A stretch of 64,000 bases of DNA from Pecten maximus (taxonomy: Eukaryota): the NCBI RefSeq assembly GCF_902652985.1, contig NC_047025.1, forward strand, positions 40,610,001 through 40,674,000, read 5' to 3'. Numbering within the stretch: the stretch's first letter is position 1; each line of letters starts with the position of its first letter. The position numbers and the translations under genes were made by a program. Below the pieces are notes generated by a model. That model was not told the origin of the DNA. It saw only the letters and a list, made by a program, of their open reading frames with translations, and made no database searches. This document shows, piece after piece, positions 11,983 through 26,648 of this stretch.

Positions 11983-13001
11983 TTACCGTACATGCAATTT
12001 CATATCCAATACATGACCTCGTCTTGCTCTCTGTCTGATATAACTCAATACAGCACTGATATATAGTCATTATTATGAGGTCATAATCTATTAACTAAAG
12101 CTTGTACATAATGTTTGGTAATAAATAATTCAATTGGATACAAGTTATGAATATTGACTGTCTTTTAGTGTATAACATAAAGCATTCATTGAAATTCAAA
12201 AATAAATCTGGTTAATAAATACAGTTTTAGTATCTAGACTACTATTTGTTTTTTAAGGTTACCCACAAAAGTCTGTGCCACAATACAAAATAACTTAAAA
12301 CTATGAAAGAAAGTAAACTGAAATATTTCATGTTATACAATATATGGTCTATATATTGATAATATGGTAGTATCAGGTTTTGGGTGAATATACTGGTGGA
12401 GAGGAGTTACCCTGTTGCCTGCTGTAGTTTTAATCATATGTTGTCATACAAGTATATGTAATAGTAATGATTCTAGAGAAATATTTCCAATATTGATGTA
12501 ATGTGTATCTTTTCAGGGCCATTCCAGGATGTTTGTGATTATACGATTCTGTATGGATGGACGAGCAGATGTGTGATGGGCACTTTTGGTTTAGTGTGGA
12601 TGTTTAATGACTGGACACTCCTGAATGCAAAGCAATTTACCTTATGTCCACAATCAACTAGCGCCCAATGTTTGTATGATGTGAACTTGATTGTAATCTT
12701 AAACCAGTCATTCCTATATATGTTAAATGACATCTGAGGCTGAAGAGTTTTTTATGGAACAAAGTTAAATGTTCAGAGTGATGACTGCATGTGCTTCATT
12801 GAGTGTGAGTGGTTTTAACCTGCTATATTATTTGAATGGCTATATTTCATTATGATATCCATTTTATTAGGGAAAAATGCAATGATTTTACTTTATAATC
12901 TATGGATGGCCATAGTTTGGTAAATTTATACAGTGTGAAAAATAGATGCCAGTAGAATCAGTGTCGTGCACTACAGAACGGTCAAACCTACCTTACCGGT
13001 A

Positions 13002-13160
13002 TATATGGCTACAGCCGCTAGGGAGATTTTGTCTAGTTATGACCATTTAATATGGCTACAGCCGCTAGGGAGATTTTGTCTAGTTATGACCATTTAATAT
13101 GGCTACAGCCGCTAGGGAGATTTTGTCTAGTTATGACCATTTAATATGGCTACAACCGCT
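13002..13160. repeat. 47-bp tandem repeat x3
   Basis: unit atatggctacagccgctagggagattttgtctagttatgaccattta. Confidence 0.93.
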
Positions 13161-13216
13161 TTCTGTTTTTCATGAGACTGACAAGGATCATTTGAAATTT
13201 CCACCGGCACAAATTT

Positions 13217-14180
13217 CACCGAGGGTACCATGGTGACTGTGAGTCTGTCATCGAGGGTACCATGGTGGCTGTGTGTCTGTCACCGAGGGTACCATGGTGG
13301 CTGTGTGTCTGTCACCGAGGGTACCATGGTGGCTGTGTGTCTGTCACCGAGGGTACCATGGTGGCTGTGAGTCTGTCACCGAGGGTACCATGGTGGCTGT
13401 GTGTCTGTCACCGAGGGTACCATGGTGGCTGTGTGTCTGTCACCGAGGGTACCATGGTGGCTGTGTGTCTGTCACCGAGGGTACCATGGTGGCTGTGTGT
13501 CTGTCACACAGGGTACCATGGTGGCTGTGTGTTTGTCACCGAGGGTATCATGGTGGCTGTGTGTCTGTCACCGAGGGTACCATGGTAGCTGTGGCTGTGA
13601 GTCTGTCACCGAGGGTACCATGGTAGCTGTGGCTGTGAGTCTGTCACCGAGGGTACCATGGTAGCTGTGGCTGTGAGTCTGTCACCGAGGGTACCATGGT
13701 AGCTGTGTGTCTGTCACCGAGGGTACCATGGTAGCTGTGACTGTGAGTCTGTCACCGAGGGTACCATGGTGGCTGTGTGTCTGTCACCGAGGGTACCATG
13801 GTGGCTGTGAGTCTGTCACTAGGTTACCATGGTGGCTGTGACTGTGGCTGTGAGTCTGTCACCGAGGGTACCATGGTGGCTGTGTGTCTGTCACCGAGGG
13901 TACCATGGTAGCTGTGACTGTGAGTCTGTCACCGAGGGTACCATGGTGGCTGTGTGTCTGTCACCGAGGGTACCATGGTGGCTGTGTGTCTGTCACTGAG
14001 GGTACCATGGTGGCTGTGTGTCTGTCACCGAGGGTACCATGGTGGCTGTGTGTCTGTCACCGAGGGTACCATGGTGGCTGTGTGTCTGTCACCGAGGGTA
14101 CCATGGTGGCTGTGTGTCTGTCACCGAGGGTACCATGGCGGCTGTGAGTCTGTCACTGAGGGTACAGTAGTGGCTTGAGA
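13217..14180. repeat. 32-bp minisatellite, ~28 copies
   Basis: unit gtcaccgagggtaccatggtggctgtgtgtct. Confidence 0.97.
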
Positions 14181-14869
14181 AACAGGTGGGTTTTTTTTAC
14201 CTATAAATCTGTCACCGAGGGTTCAATGGTGGCTTGTGAAACAGGTGTTTTCACAATCATTATGGTCATACCTTTTTACGGTAGCTGCTGTTGAATGACA
14301 TAAAGCATTCATGCGTTTTTTCATCTTTGTACCATATGCAATAGATTTTTTTTTGGTCTGTGTATGTTTATCATTGGTAGGTATGAAGTAAGAAATTTTT
14401 ATTTTGATAGTATTAAAAGAGTCCTGTTCATTGTGACCTAGTTTACATAATATTATTCTGTGTATCTGATCCACAAGACTTTTAGAATGAAAGTAGCATT
14501 AGGAATTTGCTTGTCAATTACATTATTATCTAGCCAGAATCTGCATGTTTATTCCGGCAAGCAAGTCATGCAACAAATTAATTATATATATTATTATATG
14601 ATTAATATAAGATGAAGTGTTTGTGTATGAATTAGCTACATTGTAGACTTCACAATTTAATCCAGTGACCTTGTCGATAGAATGTGCTATTATGTATTAT
14701 AAAACATTTATATAAAACAATTACACTGTATCTATAATGGTCTAGTCACTACATATTTGTCTTCATCCAATACTTGTGGGTGTACAGATATTATAGACTT
14801 GTATAGATGATGTTATATAAAACCTTCTGGTTGATGCCTCTCAGTGCTACATAGTACACACTTACAACG

Positions 14870-15145
14870 ATATATTTGCTGGCTTCATCACCACGTGAAC
14901 AGCCAGGGTCATTTTGAGGCGGGTCTCCTTGTAGTTGAATAACCTGGGAGGCCCGCTGTATGTCATCGAAAACAGTTAGGATAAAGTGTCTTGCCCGTGG
15001 ACACAACCATGACAGCACAGACTGGTCCATTTCTCAGTTTTCTGAGAAACACAAACAACCAAAGGTAGGAAACAATGAACCATGAACCTTGTATCTTCAC
15101 CTGAGGTTAAGTGGCCATCGCTCTAATTGAGCTATCACGGCCCCC
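14870..15145 (-). mobile_element. tRNA-derived CORE-type SINE
   Basis: Minus strand reads GGGGCCGTGATAGCTCAATTAGAGCG (A-box-like head), degenerate GGTTCA B-box, then GTTGTGTCCACGGGCAAGACACTTTATCC resembling the CORE/MIR gtgaccttgggcaag..actt motif. Confidence 0.65.
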
Positions 15146-15597
15146 TCACCCGAGGATACGTGGCCATAGCTCTGAGCTATCACGGCCCCCTCACCCGAGG
15201 TTACGTGGCCATCACTCTAACTGAGCTATCACGGCCCCCTCACCCGAGGTTATGTGGCTATCGCTCTAATTGAGCTATCACGGCCCCCTCACCCGAGGTT
15301 ACGTACGTGGCCATAGCTCTGAGCTATCACGGCCCCCTCACCCGAGGTTACGTGGCCATAGCTCTAACTGAGCTATCACGGCCTCCTCACCCAAGGTTAT
15401 GTGGCCATCGCTCTAACTGAGCTATCACGGCCCCCTCACCCGAGGTTACGTGGCCATAGCTCTAACTGAGCTATCACGGCCCCCTCACCCAAGGTTACGT
15501 GGCCATCGCTCTAACTGAGCTATCACGGCCCCCTCACCCGAGGTTATGTGGCCATCACTCTAACTGAGCTATCACGGCCCCTTCACCCTAGGTTACG
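15097..15597. repeat. 49-bp minisatellite (~10 copies) derived from a SINE tRNA-like head
   Basis: unit cacccgaggttacgtggccatcgctctaactgagctatcacggccccct. Confidence 0.92.
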
Positions 15598-17234
15598 AGT
15601 TGGTGAACAATAAGTTTTGTTTTAAATCAGGGGGGATAACTCTTCCACACAGACTGTGTTTTTATGAAATAAAGTATGGACCCAGTGGCCAGACCTTCAT
15701 CAAGTCTGTTGAGTCTTCAAAAAAAATTTAAATGCCGAAAATGTTGAACGCTCTGTGAATACAAAACCATGCGTTACAAAGTGTTGGCGATATCCCATTT
15801 CTTTTAGAGTGTTATCGATATCATTTTATTTAGTTTGATTATTTTTCATTTAAAATCCAATGTTCATATATTCATTTATATATATCTATGGGCATGTTTT
15901 TACATTTAAATTAATCAGAGGATAGAATGGTTTCCATATATAGTGCGATCATGCCATTTATAGTCAAATTTCACGAAAAAATCGTCAAGTGTGTTCCCTA
16001 TATCCACGTATGATTTTAAATTTGTTTTTCAGTTTTTGGCCAAATAAAGGAATTACATCTGCCATTTGTTGTGATCGAGTAATCCTTTTTGGTGTATATC
16101 TTCAATAGGTTATGTGTCAGTATACAAATTGAATTGAAAACAACAGTAATATGTTAAATCTAATTCTGAAACAGGTCGTGGGGACGCCATTTTTGTGTTA
16201 CGGAGTCCATGCATGAGACGTATGTTCCTACCTGATATAGGCTCATGGTAAATTCTACATGTATGAAATGAAACTCAAATACTGTGTTCATACAGGATGT
16301 ATTCACAAAAGTGTTTGTATGAGACCAAAACTTTCCATAACTGGTGTTGTTTCACTCATCTTAAAAAAAGAAATCTGTCATCTACGTCCAAAGTATACTC
16401 TAGCATAGCTAGTGGATCTTGGTTTGTATTTGAGATTTGTGAAAATAGTCGAAGAATTTGACATTTTACCTGGTGAGATAAAGAGGAAAAAAATTGTGAA
16501 AAGTTTCAGAAATATTGAATGATCAGATTTAAAATAAACGCAGTGTTTCAACTCACTGTCCCAAGTGACATCACAAGAAATCACCAACGATTGTCATTAC
16601 TTATGTGTAAATAACAAAATTTATGTTTACTGGAATAAACTCAGAAATAACTCCATATTGAAACAAATACCAAGTGGCTATAGCAGGCATTAAATGCTAG
16701 TATGAGGGGACAGAGAGAAGTGAAAGTGCTGATGTAAAAGATTTTTTTTTTTAATTTTGTGGATTGCTAAGCAATAATTTTAATGAGTTCAATGTGGTTC
16801 AAGTTCAAGAAATCAATGACCAGACTGAATTTATTACATATACCCAAACTATACATTGGTTATATAGGTGTGTATGTCAGTGTGACCGACCAAAACATGG
16901 ATGGATCAGTTTGATTGTCATGTGTGTTAACTGATCTACATGAGGAGTTTTTGGCGTTATAAGTTTATAGTCCATCGATGACTTTATCAAAACTTTCATA
17001 ATTATTACAGCTACAAATGTAATGAAAAAAAAAGTTCTGTTTCAAGCTTATGAATTTTGAAACATCAATATGATGTAATGTTGAGACATCTGTTGTTATA
17101 ACCAGTGATCTGTCTAATTGAGAGGATGATTGTGTCTTGTGTATGTACGTAATCTAAGGTGCAGAATAAATACTGTTGCGAGTTTCCAAAAGTTTGTGTT
17201 GTTATTTTAGAAAACACCATATGATTAATTAGCT

Positions 17235-17590
17235 CTCATCACATGATGTACTATCAATAGTTGTCATCACCTGATGTACTATCAATAGTTGTCATCACAT
17301 GATGTACTATCAATAGTTGTCATCACATGATGTACTATTAATAGTTGTCATCACATGATGTACTATCAATAGTTGTCATCACATGATGTACTATCAATAG
17401 TTGTCATCACATGATGTACTATCAATAGTTGTCATCACATGATGTACTATCAATAGTTGTCATCACATGATGTACTATCAATTGTTGTCATCACATGATG
17501 TACTATCAATTGTTGTCATCACATGATGTACTATCAATAATTCTCATCACATGATGTACTATCAATAGTTCTCATCACATGATGTAATAT
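17235..17590. repeat. 28-bp minisatellite, ~12 copies
   Basis: unit catcacatgatgtactatcaatagttgt. Confidence 0.96.
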
Positions 17591-18529
17591 CACAGTGACC
17601 TATTTCCAGCATGTGACAAAACATCTTAAGTGAAATAGTACAGAATATGTCTCATGAAGGTCAAAATGTAGATTGTATAGGGATGTGAAAACAGTATGTT
17701 GCATGTCAACTAATATTAACTGAGGACTTGACTGATTGACTGCAAATTTTACTGTATTAAATTTGCTCAATGGTCCAGTTGATTACACGCAGTGTTATAA
17801 TTACATTGGATCCTTATGAATCACACTATTCAGGAGAAGTTAAAAAAAATGTGATACAGTAACATAAAAATAATTTTATTATTATCTTAGTCAATGGGTA
17901 TACAGTGTTTACACAAAACATCTTAAGTTTGATCAGGGCATATACAACCATTTTTTTTTTAATCTTTAAATTCACATTAAGAACATTTTGATAAATTGGG
18001 GCAATATAATTCAATCTAGACATAAGAGGGCATAAAAAGTTACATCTTACCTGGTATTTTTAAGATTGGGGGTATTTTTTCTGGAACATGTGAAGTTACA
18101 TACAACGCTCAGACTAGTACAATTAACTATTAATACATCTGTACCCAAGTGATGCATTATAGGATTTCAATATATTTCTTATTGCACGACTGAATAGCAC
18201 ATTTGCGTGATGCCTTATGAAGTGAAATCTGCACCTTTTCTTTCTAGCCTAGAATTAAGTATTTAATAAGTATGTGCACAAGTCCGGTACATGTAGTCCT
18301 GTGATGTATATTTTTCTATTATGTAGACTACTAATCTACATATTATTATTATTTTTTTTTTGAATCTCAAACTTTATGATTTATTGAATTAATTTTGTAC
18401 AGAATATCTTGGTAAAACGCCTATCAGTACAGTGAAATAAAAATGTCATTTGGTCTACCAGAACTCTTTTGCTATGCTGCTACCTAAATTATTATGGCTA
18501 TGTAAACATTCATGTGATCAAGATTGATC

Positions 18530-19100
18530 ACCATTGCGCAAGCGTGTTGAACCTCGACCTTTCACTCCCACGAAAGAGAAAGAAAGATGGACTTGACATG
18601 GTAAGTGTTGATGTGCGCTACGGATTATATTGTGTGTATTGGTGGTTATTAATTGACCATTCAACGTAAATAGAAGGGAATTACGCCATTAATTACCATC
18701 CTGTGCGAAACTGGTTGAAAATCTGGCTAGTGATTCTCGGTGATATATTGTTGACGGCACTGGTTTACAATTAGTGTGCGACAAATCGTTTGTAAATTAA
18801 GTTGTGTTAATATTCTGGCTTCGTATATGCATCTGCGTGTGTTCAATAGACTGATCACATGAAAAATTGTCTGCGGAAAGTGGATATGGGATGAAAAGTG
18901 CCCAGATCAGTAGTCAGTCGATAGCTTATTTTATTATGCTATAACCCGAGTTGATAACGGTATTAGTTATGACACCCAAGTTCTAATAAAAAGACGAGAT
19001 ACATGTATTATTAGAACTGTTGATGGCCCATAATATTGAACATTGTTTTGTTAATATTGATTAATTCAATATTTATATGTCGCCGGAAACAACTTTTTTT
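18530..19100 (+). promoter_or_regulatory. Putative EEPD1 promoter and non-coding first exon (ends 18600)
   Basis: Locally CpG-rich relative to the CpG-poor gene bodies. Perfect donor atg|gtaagt at 18600/18601, with a plausible partner acceptor (tcctaat...tctttacacag) ending at 26363 upstream of the ATG. Confidence 0.4.
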
Positions 19101-21389
19101 ACTGACACAATATCTAGTATGGGACACCTATATAAACGATATAAGACAAAATGCGACATGTTTTGTTTTTAAGAAACCAGAGACATGCAGTGTACAGTGC
19201 ACTGTTCGTGTAAATTATAAACTGATTCATGTGTCACATGGAGAGAAAAACAACTTAAGAGTGATTCTTCCTGCTGGTTCTTTTATTTATTTCCAGATAC
19301 GTTACCAAACAAGTATATATAAAACCCCTGAAAACAAAGGTAGCCAAACAATGATTTTAAATGACTACCTGATGCGACCTATACTTTTATAATGGGATAT
19401 GATTCACTTATAGTCAACAGATATGGTATAAATATAACATTATTCTGTAAGTATCCACATAATTACCTTCCAAGACATCAGTCTGGTAAATTAGTTGTCA
19501 GAAAGCTAAGGACCCCAGACGATGTATCCTAAAGACGGGTCATGGCTTACTGCAATGCGCGTGGTATTGTTATAGGTTTTATTCAACTTTCACTCACCCT
19601 TGCATGCTTTCTCACACTTTCACACGTGCACCCTAATTAACATATAAGAGACAACACCTTATACAGACTTGCAAAAGATGACCACTGGACTACACATAAA
19701 AGACACACGACTTGACTATAAATAGACAAGGTAGTTTCCACATTACAATACACCAGTGACATGTACAGCACAAAACTAGGAACACAATACAAATTAACTT
19801 TAACATTGTAATTATAATATTAAATTTGCTTTATTATGCTATGAAACATTTCTTGTGATTTACTAACAGTCATCTTCAGCATTGGTTTGTTCCAATTGGG
19901 TTTCACCACTGTTATATTATGGTAATTAATTTAAGCTGCATGATCTCAGAATAATTTAATACTTTGGATTTCCCTTTATTTTGAAATTCTTTGTAAATTA
20001 ACCATGTTGTATAATTTTTGTACTACAACATTTTGAAATAAAGACATTATGTACCAAGTACAGACTCAGTATTTGGTAAATGAAAAATTAATGATGTAAA
20101 AAAAAAACCAATATTTTCATATAGATGACCATTATGTGAAATGTTTGTTTGAAGGGATGGTGTTCATTTTACTAATTTTGTATGTCAACTCGGTCATATT
20201 TATTCAATAAAACTTCATCGTATTATTTTTTCAAAATATTTATTAAAAGTAAGAAGAAACATATGATTAGTTTTATTTGTAAAATCAATCCTCAATTATT
20301 CAAGAAATAAATAAGAAAATCATAACATTAAGGTATTACAATGTATTACATTGTAGGTGATCTTGAATATTTCTAGTTTACTATTTCAGCGGAAACTTAG
20401 TGCAATGTGGTCTGCATCTCCCATAAGATTAATTCTATTTGATGTGTAGAATATAAACAGGCCATTATAAAGTCAACATGGATCCATTATTAATACACAG
20501 ATTTTCCAGTGTCGGCCCACTTTGATCTTGAATGGAGTAGACACCAGTAGTAAATGTTTATTTATGCTTAACTGTTGGTGTAAATGCCATAATACACTTG
20601 GGGAGAAGTGCTGTATGTGTAGCTACTGTCCAGCTGTGTTAGTACTGACAGGGAAGGTGAAGCCACCACTCAAACTACACTGATAGCAATTCCTTCTTGT
20701 ACCCATCGTTCTCACTCTTACATATGTATACAAGGTTGCCAAAAAATGTATATTTATAGATATTTATTTTTTCTATGAATGGCATTTATGTGTACAGGAC
20801 AGACAGGACAATGTACTTCAGTCTGGATTGATGTTGATCACAGTGATATACAAAACAATATGTTCCAATTATAATTATTGCTTAAACAGCATGAGAAATA
20901 CCAACTGAAGGTAATAATTTGGAAAGTGAAACAGGTTGCCATGGAACCTTGCAGAATAATGTACCAAACAGCATAGTTCATACATAACATCAATGTTTGG
21001 GGTCATACAATCTCCAGCTGTGAACTCCCCTGGACTGTGGCAGTAGGGAGAGTGAACAGCTCCCAACCATTTATCACCGTGGCAACAGAGGTCATGTTAC
21101 CCCTAACATTGGGTGTCAGGTTTAACCATGCTGACACAGCTGATTAAAATACTATTACACTGTATATGGCATATTTATGGTAAGATGACAGCATGATTCA
21201 TTTTCAAATACAATTAAAAGAAAGTAATTTTAAACCATCCAGCTCCCTATAACAAGGTTAAGGCTAATTAATCCAAGCATGATTAGGATTTCAATCACAT
21301 GATTGTCATCTATAGACTATCCATCAAAGCTGTTCATGAACCTTATTTAGGGACCCTGGTTGAACGATTGGGATGATCCTGTGACTCAT

Positions 21390-21890
21390 TTATGACTTAT
21401 ATTTAGGGATGATTTTGTATGTAGGACTTACAATGTATATTCAGTGATCCAGGTTGAGGGATGGTGATGATTTTGTATGTAAGACTTACAATGTATATTT
21501 AAGGACCCAGGTTGAGGGATGGGGATAATGTTGTAGGTAGGACTTACAATGTATATTCAGTGACCCAGGTTGAGGGATGGTGATGATTTTGTATGTAGGA
21601 CGTACAATGTATATTCAGTGACCCAGGTTGAGGGATGGGGATGATTTTGTATGTAGGACTTACAATGTATATTCAGTGACCCAGGTTGAGGGATGGGGAT
21701 GATTTTGTATGTAGGACTTACAATGTATATTCAGTGACCCAGGTTGAGGGATGGTGATGATTTTGTATGTAGGACTTACAATGTATATTCAGTGACCCAG
21801 GTTGAGGGATGAGGATGATTTTGTATGTAGGACTTACAATGTATATTTAGGGACCTAGGTTGAGGGATGCCCATGGGGATGATCCTGTAG
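21390..21890. repeat. 58-bp minisatellite, ~8 copies
   Basis: unit gacccaggttgagggatggggatgattttgtatgtaggacttacaatgtatattcagt. Confidence 0.95.
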
Positions 21891-24800
21891 GTTAACACAC
21901 AAGGTGAATGTCTTCTCTTCAGAATTTGAACTGCTGCATATTATTTCTATCAGGCATTGAAACACTGTATAACACAACATACCTGGTGATTACTCTGTAA
22001 TCCATACAAGATAGGAATAAGATATGGACATTGGTGAAACAAGTATTGTTTTTATACAGAGAAATATTTCCTGGTTCTCTATAGGTATCGTACATGATAC
22101 GGTATGTATATATATGCCATATATAATGATAAAAGTATATTCTGAAATGATCAAAAGACGATGTCACGAAGGTGTTTCGACGTAAGTACTACTGACTTAT
22201 ATTATTATAATAGGAAATATCAGTCAGAATTCATTACTTGTCCCGTTACGTAAACAAAAAAGAAAATATATAAGCATTACACACAAGAGAATGATCAAAC
22301 TTGATTCCTTTCTATAGAATTAAAGATTATAGGACAAAATAGTGTATCATATGGCCTTACTTTAAGTATTGTCGGTGTAGAGGGCTTGTATAGGCATAGC
22401 CTGTTGCCCGGTAGTACCTGTTAAATCATTTAGATTTAATGAAATATCTTTGATATAGAAATGAAACTAAATGTCAAATGGTACAGATTTTGTCATGAAG
22501 ACTTGATGTAAGCTTCCATTTTTGCCAATAATACCTATATTACATGCAGATGGAAGTCTTTCTAAAAAAATGTTTGTACCAAGGCAAAAGTTATACTGAT
22601 AGATTGGAACATGAGAATATGTGAAGCTGTGTTGAGCCAGAAGCCCATTATGTGTAACAGTGGACGTAAGTGTACTGTTGGTGAGTTGTACTAGTGGGCG
22701 GGGTTACCTGATGGTGACTACACACTATTAGTCATCAATTATAACACTATACTGCAGATGTTAGTGTGGGGGTGTAACAAACAGTCGTAAAATAAAAGTC
22801 CACCCAATTTCACCTGTAGTAGAAAGTTCTCTTTAGGAAAGTTTTTTTTTACCTTATAATTATGTAGATTGTATAATAATCCACCTACGATAGTTTGAGT
22901 TCAAAGATTAAGAGGAATGCGTAAAATCTAGCTTGTAAAAGTAACCATTTCCAGTATAGTTATCTTTAACAGGTGATATAGTCCGATTTAACAGATGATA
23001 TAGCCTGAATTTGTAGATTTAAAGATAAAATATTACATAATCAATATACTAGGTACCTGAACTGGTAGATATCTGAAGTATTACATACATATCTTATATT
23101 ACACTTCAGTGGAGAATTGTATACACCAGGTAATAATAGGATTTACAAGGTACAGTATAGATATACACTGCAAGTGTAAATAAGTTCTTATGTCATAACA
23201 CAATTATAACATACCTACATCAAATGATTATAAAGGTGTTCTTAATCTGAAATAATCTCTTCATTGTGATATTTGTAAAAACAGTTTTTGTCAATGATGG
23301 ACAAATATATATACCTGGGTAAGTTTATTTTAGAAAATAGGTTTATATTTTGATTTAGTTTTAAACTACATGAACCTACTTAAAAAGATCCCTCTTGCCA
23401 GTCATAGAGAGTTGCATTCCTGATCGACAGAGAGGCATCCTTTATACTATTAGCTAAGTCTGGTTATCGTTAAGATCTGCACCGAGATCTGGTCCTTGAT
23501 GTTGTGTCAAGTTTGTGTTTACAATAATACATAATAAGTCCTGGAGTAGTCCTGTTATCATGGACTTTGTAAAGTGGTGCTTGGTTTATAAAAATAAGTA
23601 TATGATGATCATGAGGGGTCCAAACCTCAAGTATATATACAATGTATACTGCTCTGTATTATACCAGCCCACAGTCCCACGCACCATCAAACCTAACTCT
23701 CGGTCTGAAACAGGTGGTTTTCTGTTTTTTTTGTAACGTCACATTCTGGAGTGTCTCGGATTCTTTGTTAGTTTATATGTACATGTAATTCCTGATTGGT
23801 GTGATCATGACACAACATACATATAGAAAGACTTTAGAGCTACGATTAAAGGGTCCCATGAATATCTGTTAACCCCAGGATTGTGACATTATACTCATTT
23901 TCAGTCAGTGTTACATTCTTGGGGTTAATCTATATATAGCTATATATTCATCTTGCCGAGAAGACAATAAATTGTATAGGATCATGATCAATGATCACAG
24001 ACAACAGTCTATACATTTAGTATGGTCTATAGAATCTTAAAAATTACCTTGGTATTAATAAAATTATGCTTTATAATTTTGGTTTCTAGAATATGTCTGA
24101 TTGTATATATATTTCAAACTGGGAGAGATATCTAGTATTAGAATTCTGCAATTCTTTACAAAATCTTTAGGGCTAATAGCCAGTCTAGTCCATCAGTGGT
24201 GCTGCTTAACCTACTTTTACTATATATGTATAGTGGGATATGTCCTTGCTAGGGATTTACTTCAAATTCAACATCTCATGACTATTACTAGAGTTGTGGC
24301 CCTTTGTTCATCTGGTGTCACTTATCCCAGGGACATATCTCACATTCGATGTCACACATATAACACCATAACATACCATTTTTGGTAGAGTCACATATTG
24401 ATATAGTTAGTTGTGGTCTGGACTTCTATTATTGTTTTTATCGAGATGTTAGGAACTATAGATAATGTTTGTGATTAGTTGTAGAAAGAAGAGACAGTGT
24501 TGTACAAATAGTAGCAGACATATTGTCTGTAGATTATATATACAATTTATACTAGGTTATCATGTATCACATCAGGAGCAGTACAAATGTGTAACACATG
24601 TTTATATTGGAGTTTCACACCTCAGCATGACTGCGACAACTCTACCTGTGACTGTCCACATTTACATGATTATAGTTTGGAACATGACATAGCTATAGAT
24701 GGATTTCAGATAAATGATAAATCATTTGTTCTCAGGGTCAACTTTACATTATGATAATTATTTGCTGCCAACACTTTGTGACTAGGACTGTTGTCTTGGA

Positions 24801-24979
24801 TACCTGAAACACAAGCTATAATAGACACATTAGGTACATCAAGTACATGTACCATATGTAGTAAATAGGAAAGGATGAGTGTGTAAAAGTAATGGTGCAT
24901 ACAGACGTGGACACCTGTGATGGAATCAGCCACTTAATATAGATATACTCTGATGATCTTATAGCTGTACATATACCGA

Positions 24980-25400
24980 TGAGGTCTAGATCTGTTACAA
25001 TGCATGTATAATATTATATCATTTAGGTCTAGATCTGTTGTAATATATGTATAATATAATAAAAAATATATATATATATATAATATCATTTAAGTTAGAT
25101 TTGTTGTAATATATGTATGATATAATATCATTTAGGTCTAGATCTGTTGTAATATATATGTATAATATAATATTATTTAGGTCTAGATCTTGTAATATAT
25201 GTATAATATAATATCATTTAGGTCTAGATTTGTTGTAATGTATGTATAATATAATATCATTTAGGTCTAGATCTGTGGTAATATATGTACATGTATAATA
25301 TAATATCATTTAGGTCTAGATCTGTGGTAATATATGTATAATATAATATCATTTAGGTCTAGATCTGTTATTTAAAATACCATTGAGGTCTAGACTGTTA
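24980..25400. repeat. ~42-bp AT-rich degenerate tandem repeat
   Basis: unit tttaggtctagatctgttgtaatatatgtataatataatatca. Confidence 0.88.
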
Positions 25401-26648
25401 AAATGTATATAACATACTATCATGTACATTTGAAAAAAAATAACATTGAGGTTTAGAAAATACCATGAAATTTTAGATCTGTTGAAATATGTTAGAAATA
25501 TTTCAGAGACTGTTAAATTTTAAAGCATTCATCAGAAATACAATCAGAGACTGTTAAAGCATTCATCAGAAATACAATCACCTACATCCCACTTGAGGCT
25601 GTGAAGTGTTTATCAGAAATACCCCAGAGTATATGTTTAGTAAATGTTACAATTCAGAAATTGTGTGTGTATTTATATAGAACATTTGCCCCTTCAGTAG
25701 TTTGATACACATGTTGTATATAAACAAGCTGAAGTGCTTGTTCTCCGTATAACCACATCCTTCTGTTATTGACTCACGATATACGATGTACAGGATAGAC
25801 GTAGCCAACTCTATTGAAGGTTTGGTGGTGTTCTGTAGCGGAAGTCATGTCTATCTGATTGTGGAAGATTGTTGTCCCTAAGTATATGTCTGTAGGGATT
25901 CAAGGCCGAATACAGGATTGTTGTCCCTAAGTATATGTCTGTAGGGATTCAAGGCCGAATACAGGTACCTATAGCTTACCTACTATAGTGTCTTGGTTAC
26001 AATTAGTGTGAGATATTATGGACCACCTATAGGGGTACCTGTATGACCAGGAGGTAGGATAATTGTGTGTGGATCACAGGTACAAAAAAAACTACTGATC
26101 AAATATAGGTAAAATTTGTTTAGAAGTGTCTGCGTAAACTTGTGTCTAACACATATATGGCCTCTGTGCCATGCGTATGCATATATATATATATATACAT
26201 ATTTATCCAGCTGATGTGTATTGGTAAGTTATTTTATACACAAATACAACAAGCTCCGTACCAAAGCAGGTGTGCGATTATTGATTAGATTATACCACCT
26301 TCTGTCATCAGACAGCAGAACCTTATTCACTCCTAATCGTCTGTGTTTTGTATCTTTACACAGGTATGTCAAGGTAAGCTGGCCTCAGGAGGACTGACTG
26401 ATGAATCGCTGACACTGGGAACATTGATTTGTACAGGGGTATAATCCACCTGTTTAAGCCCCTGTACACACAGATTAAACACAGGGAAAGCTGGACAGGT
26501 TCAGGTGGAAGTCGCTGATCAACAAATAAATATTACAATATGGAGAACAGGCAAAAATGTTGAAAAGTGGAGGGTGTATGTGAACAAGTAATATGGACCT
26601 GTTACTATGTTAAACTAGTGGTTTGATTAAGTCCGTATATAAAGTAAG

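Noticed and set aside
15097-15597. tRNA gene cluster
   Set aside because: Only a tRNA 5'-half-like segment is repeated, with no T-arm or cloverleaf; it is SINE-derived.
15600-16620. CpG-enriched segment, possible MITE or promoter
   Set aside because: No convincing TIR/TSD pair or exon found by eye.
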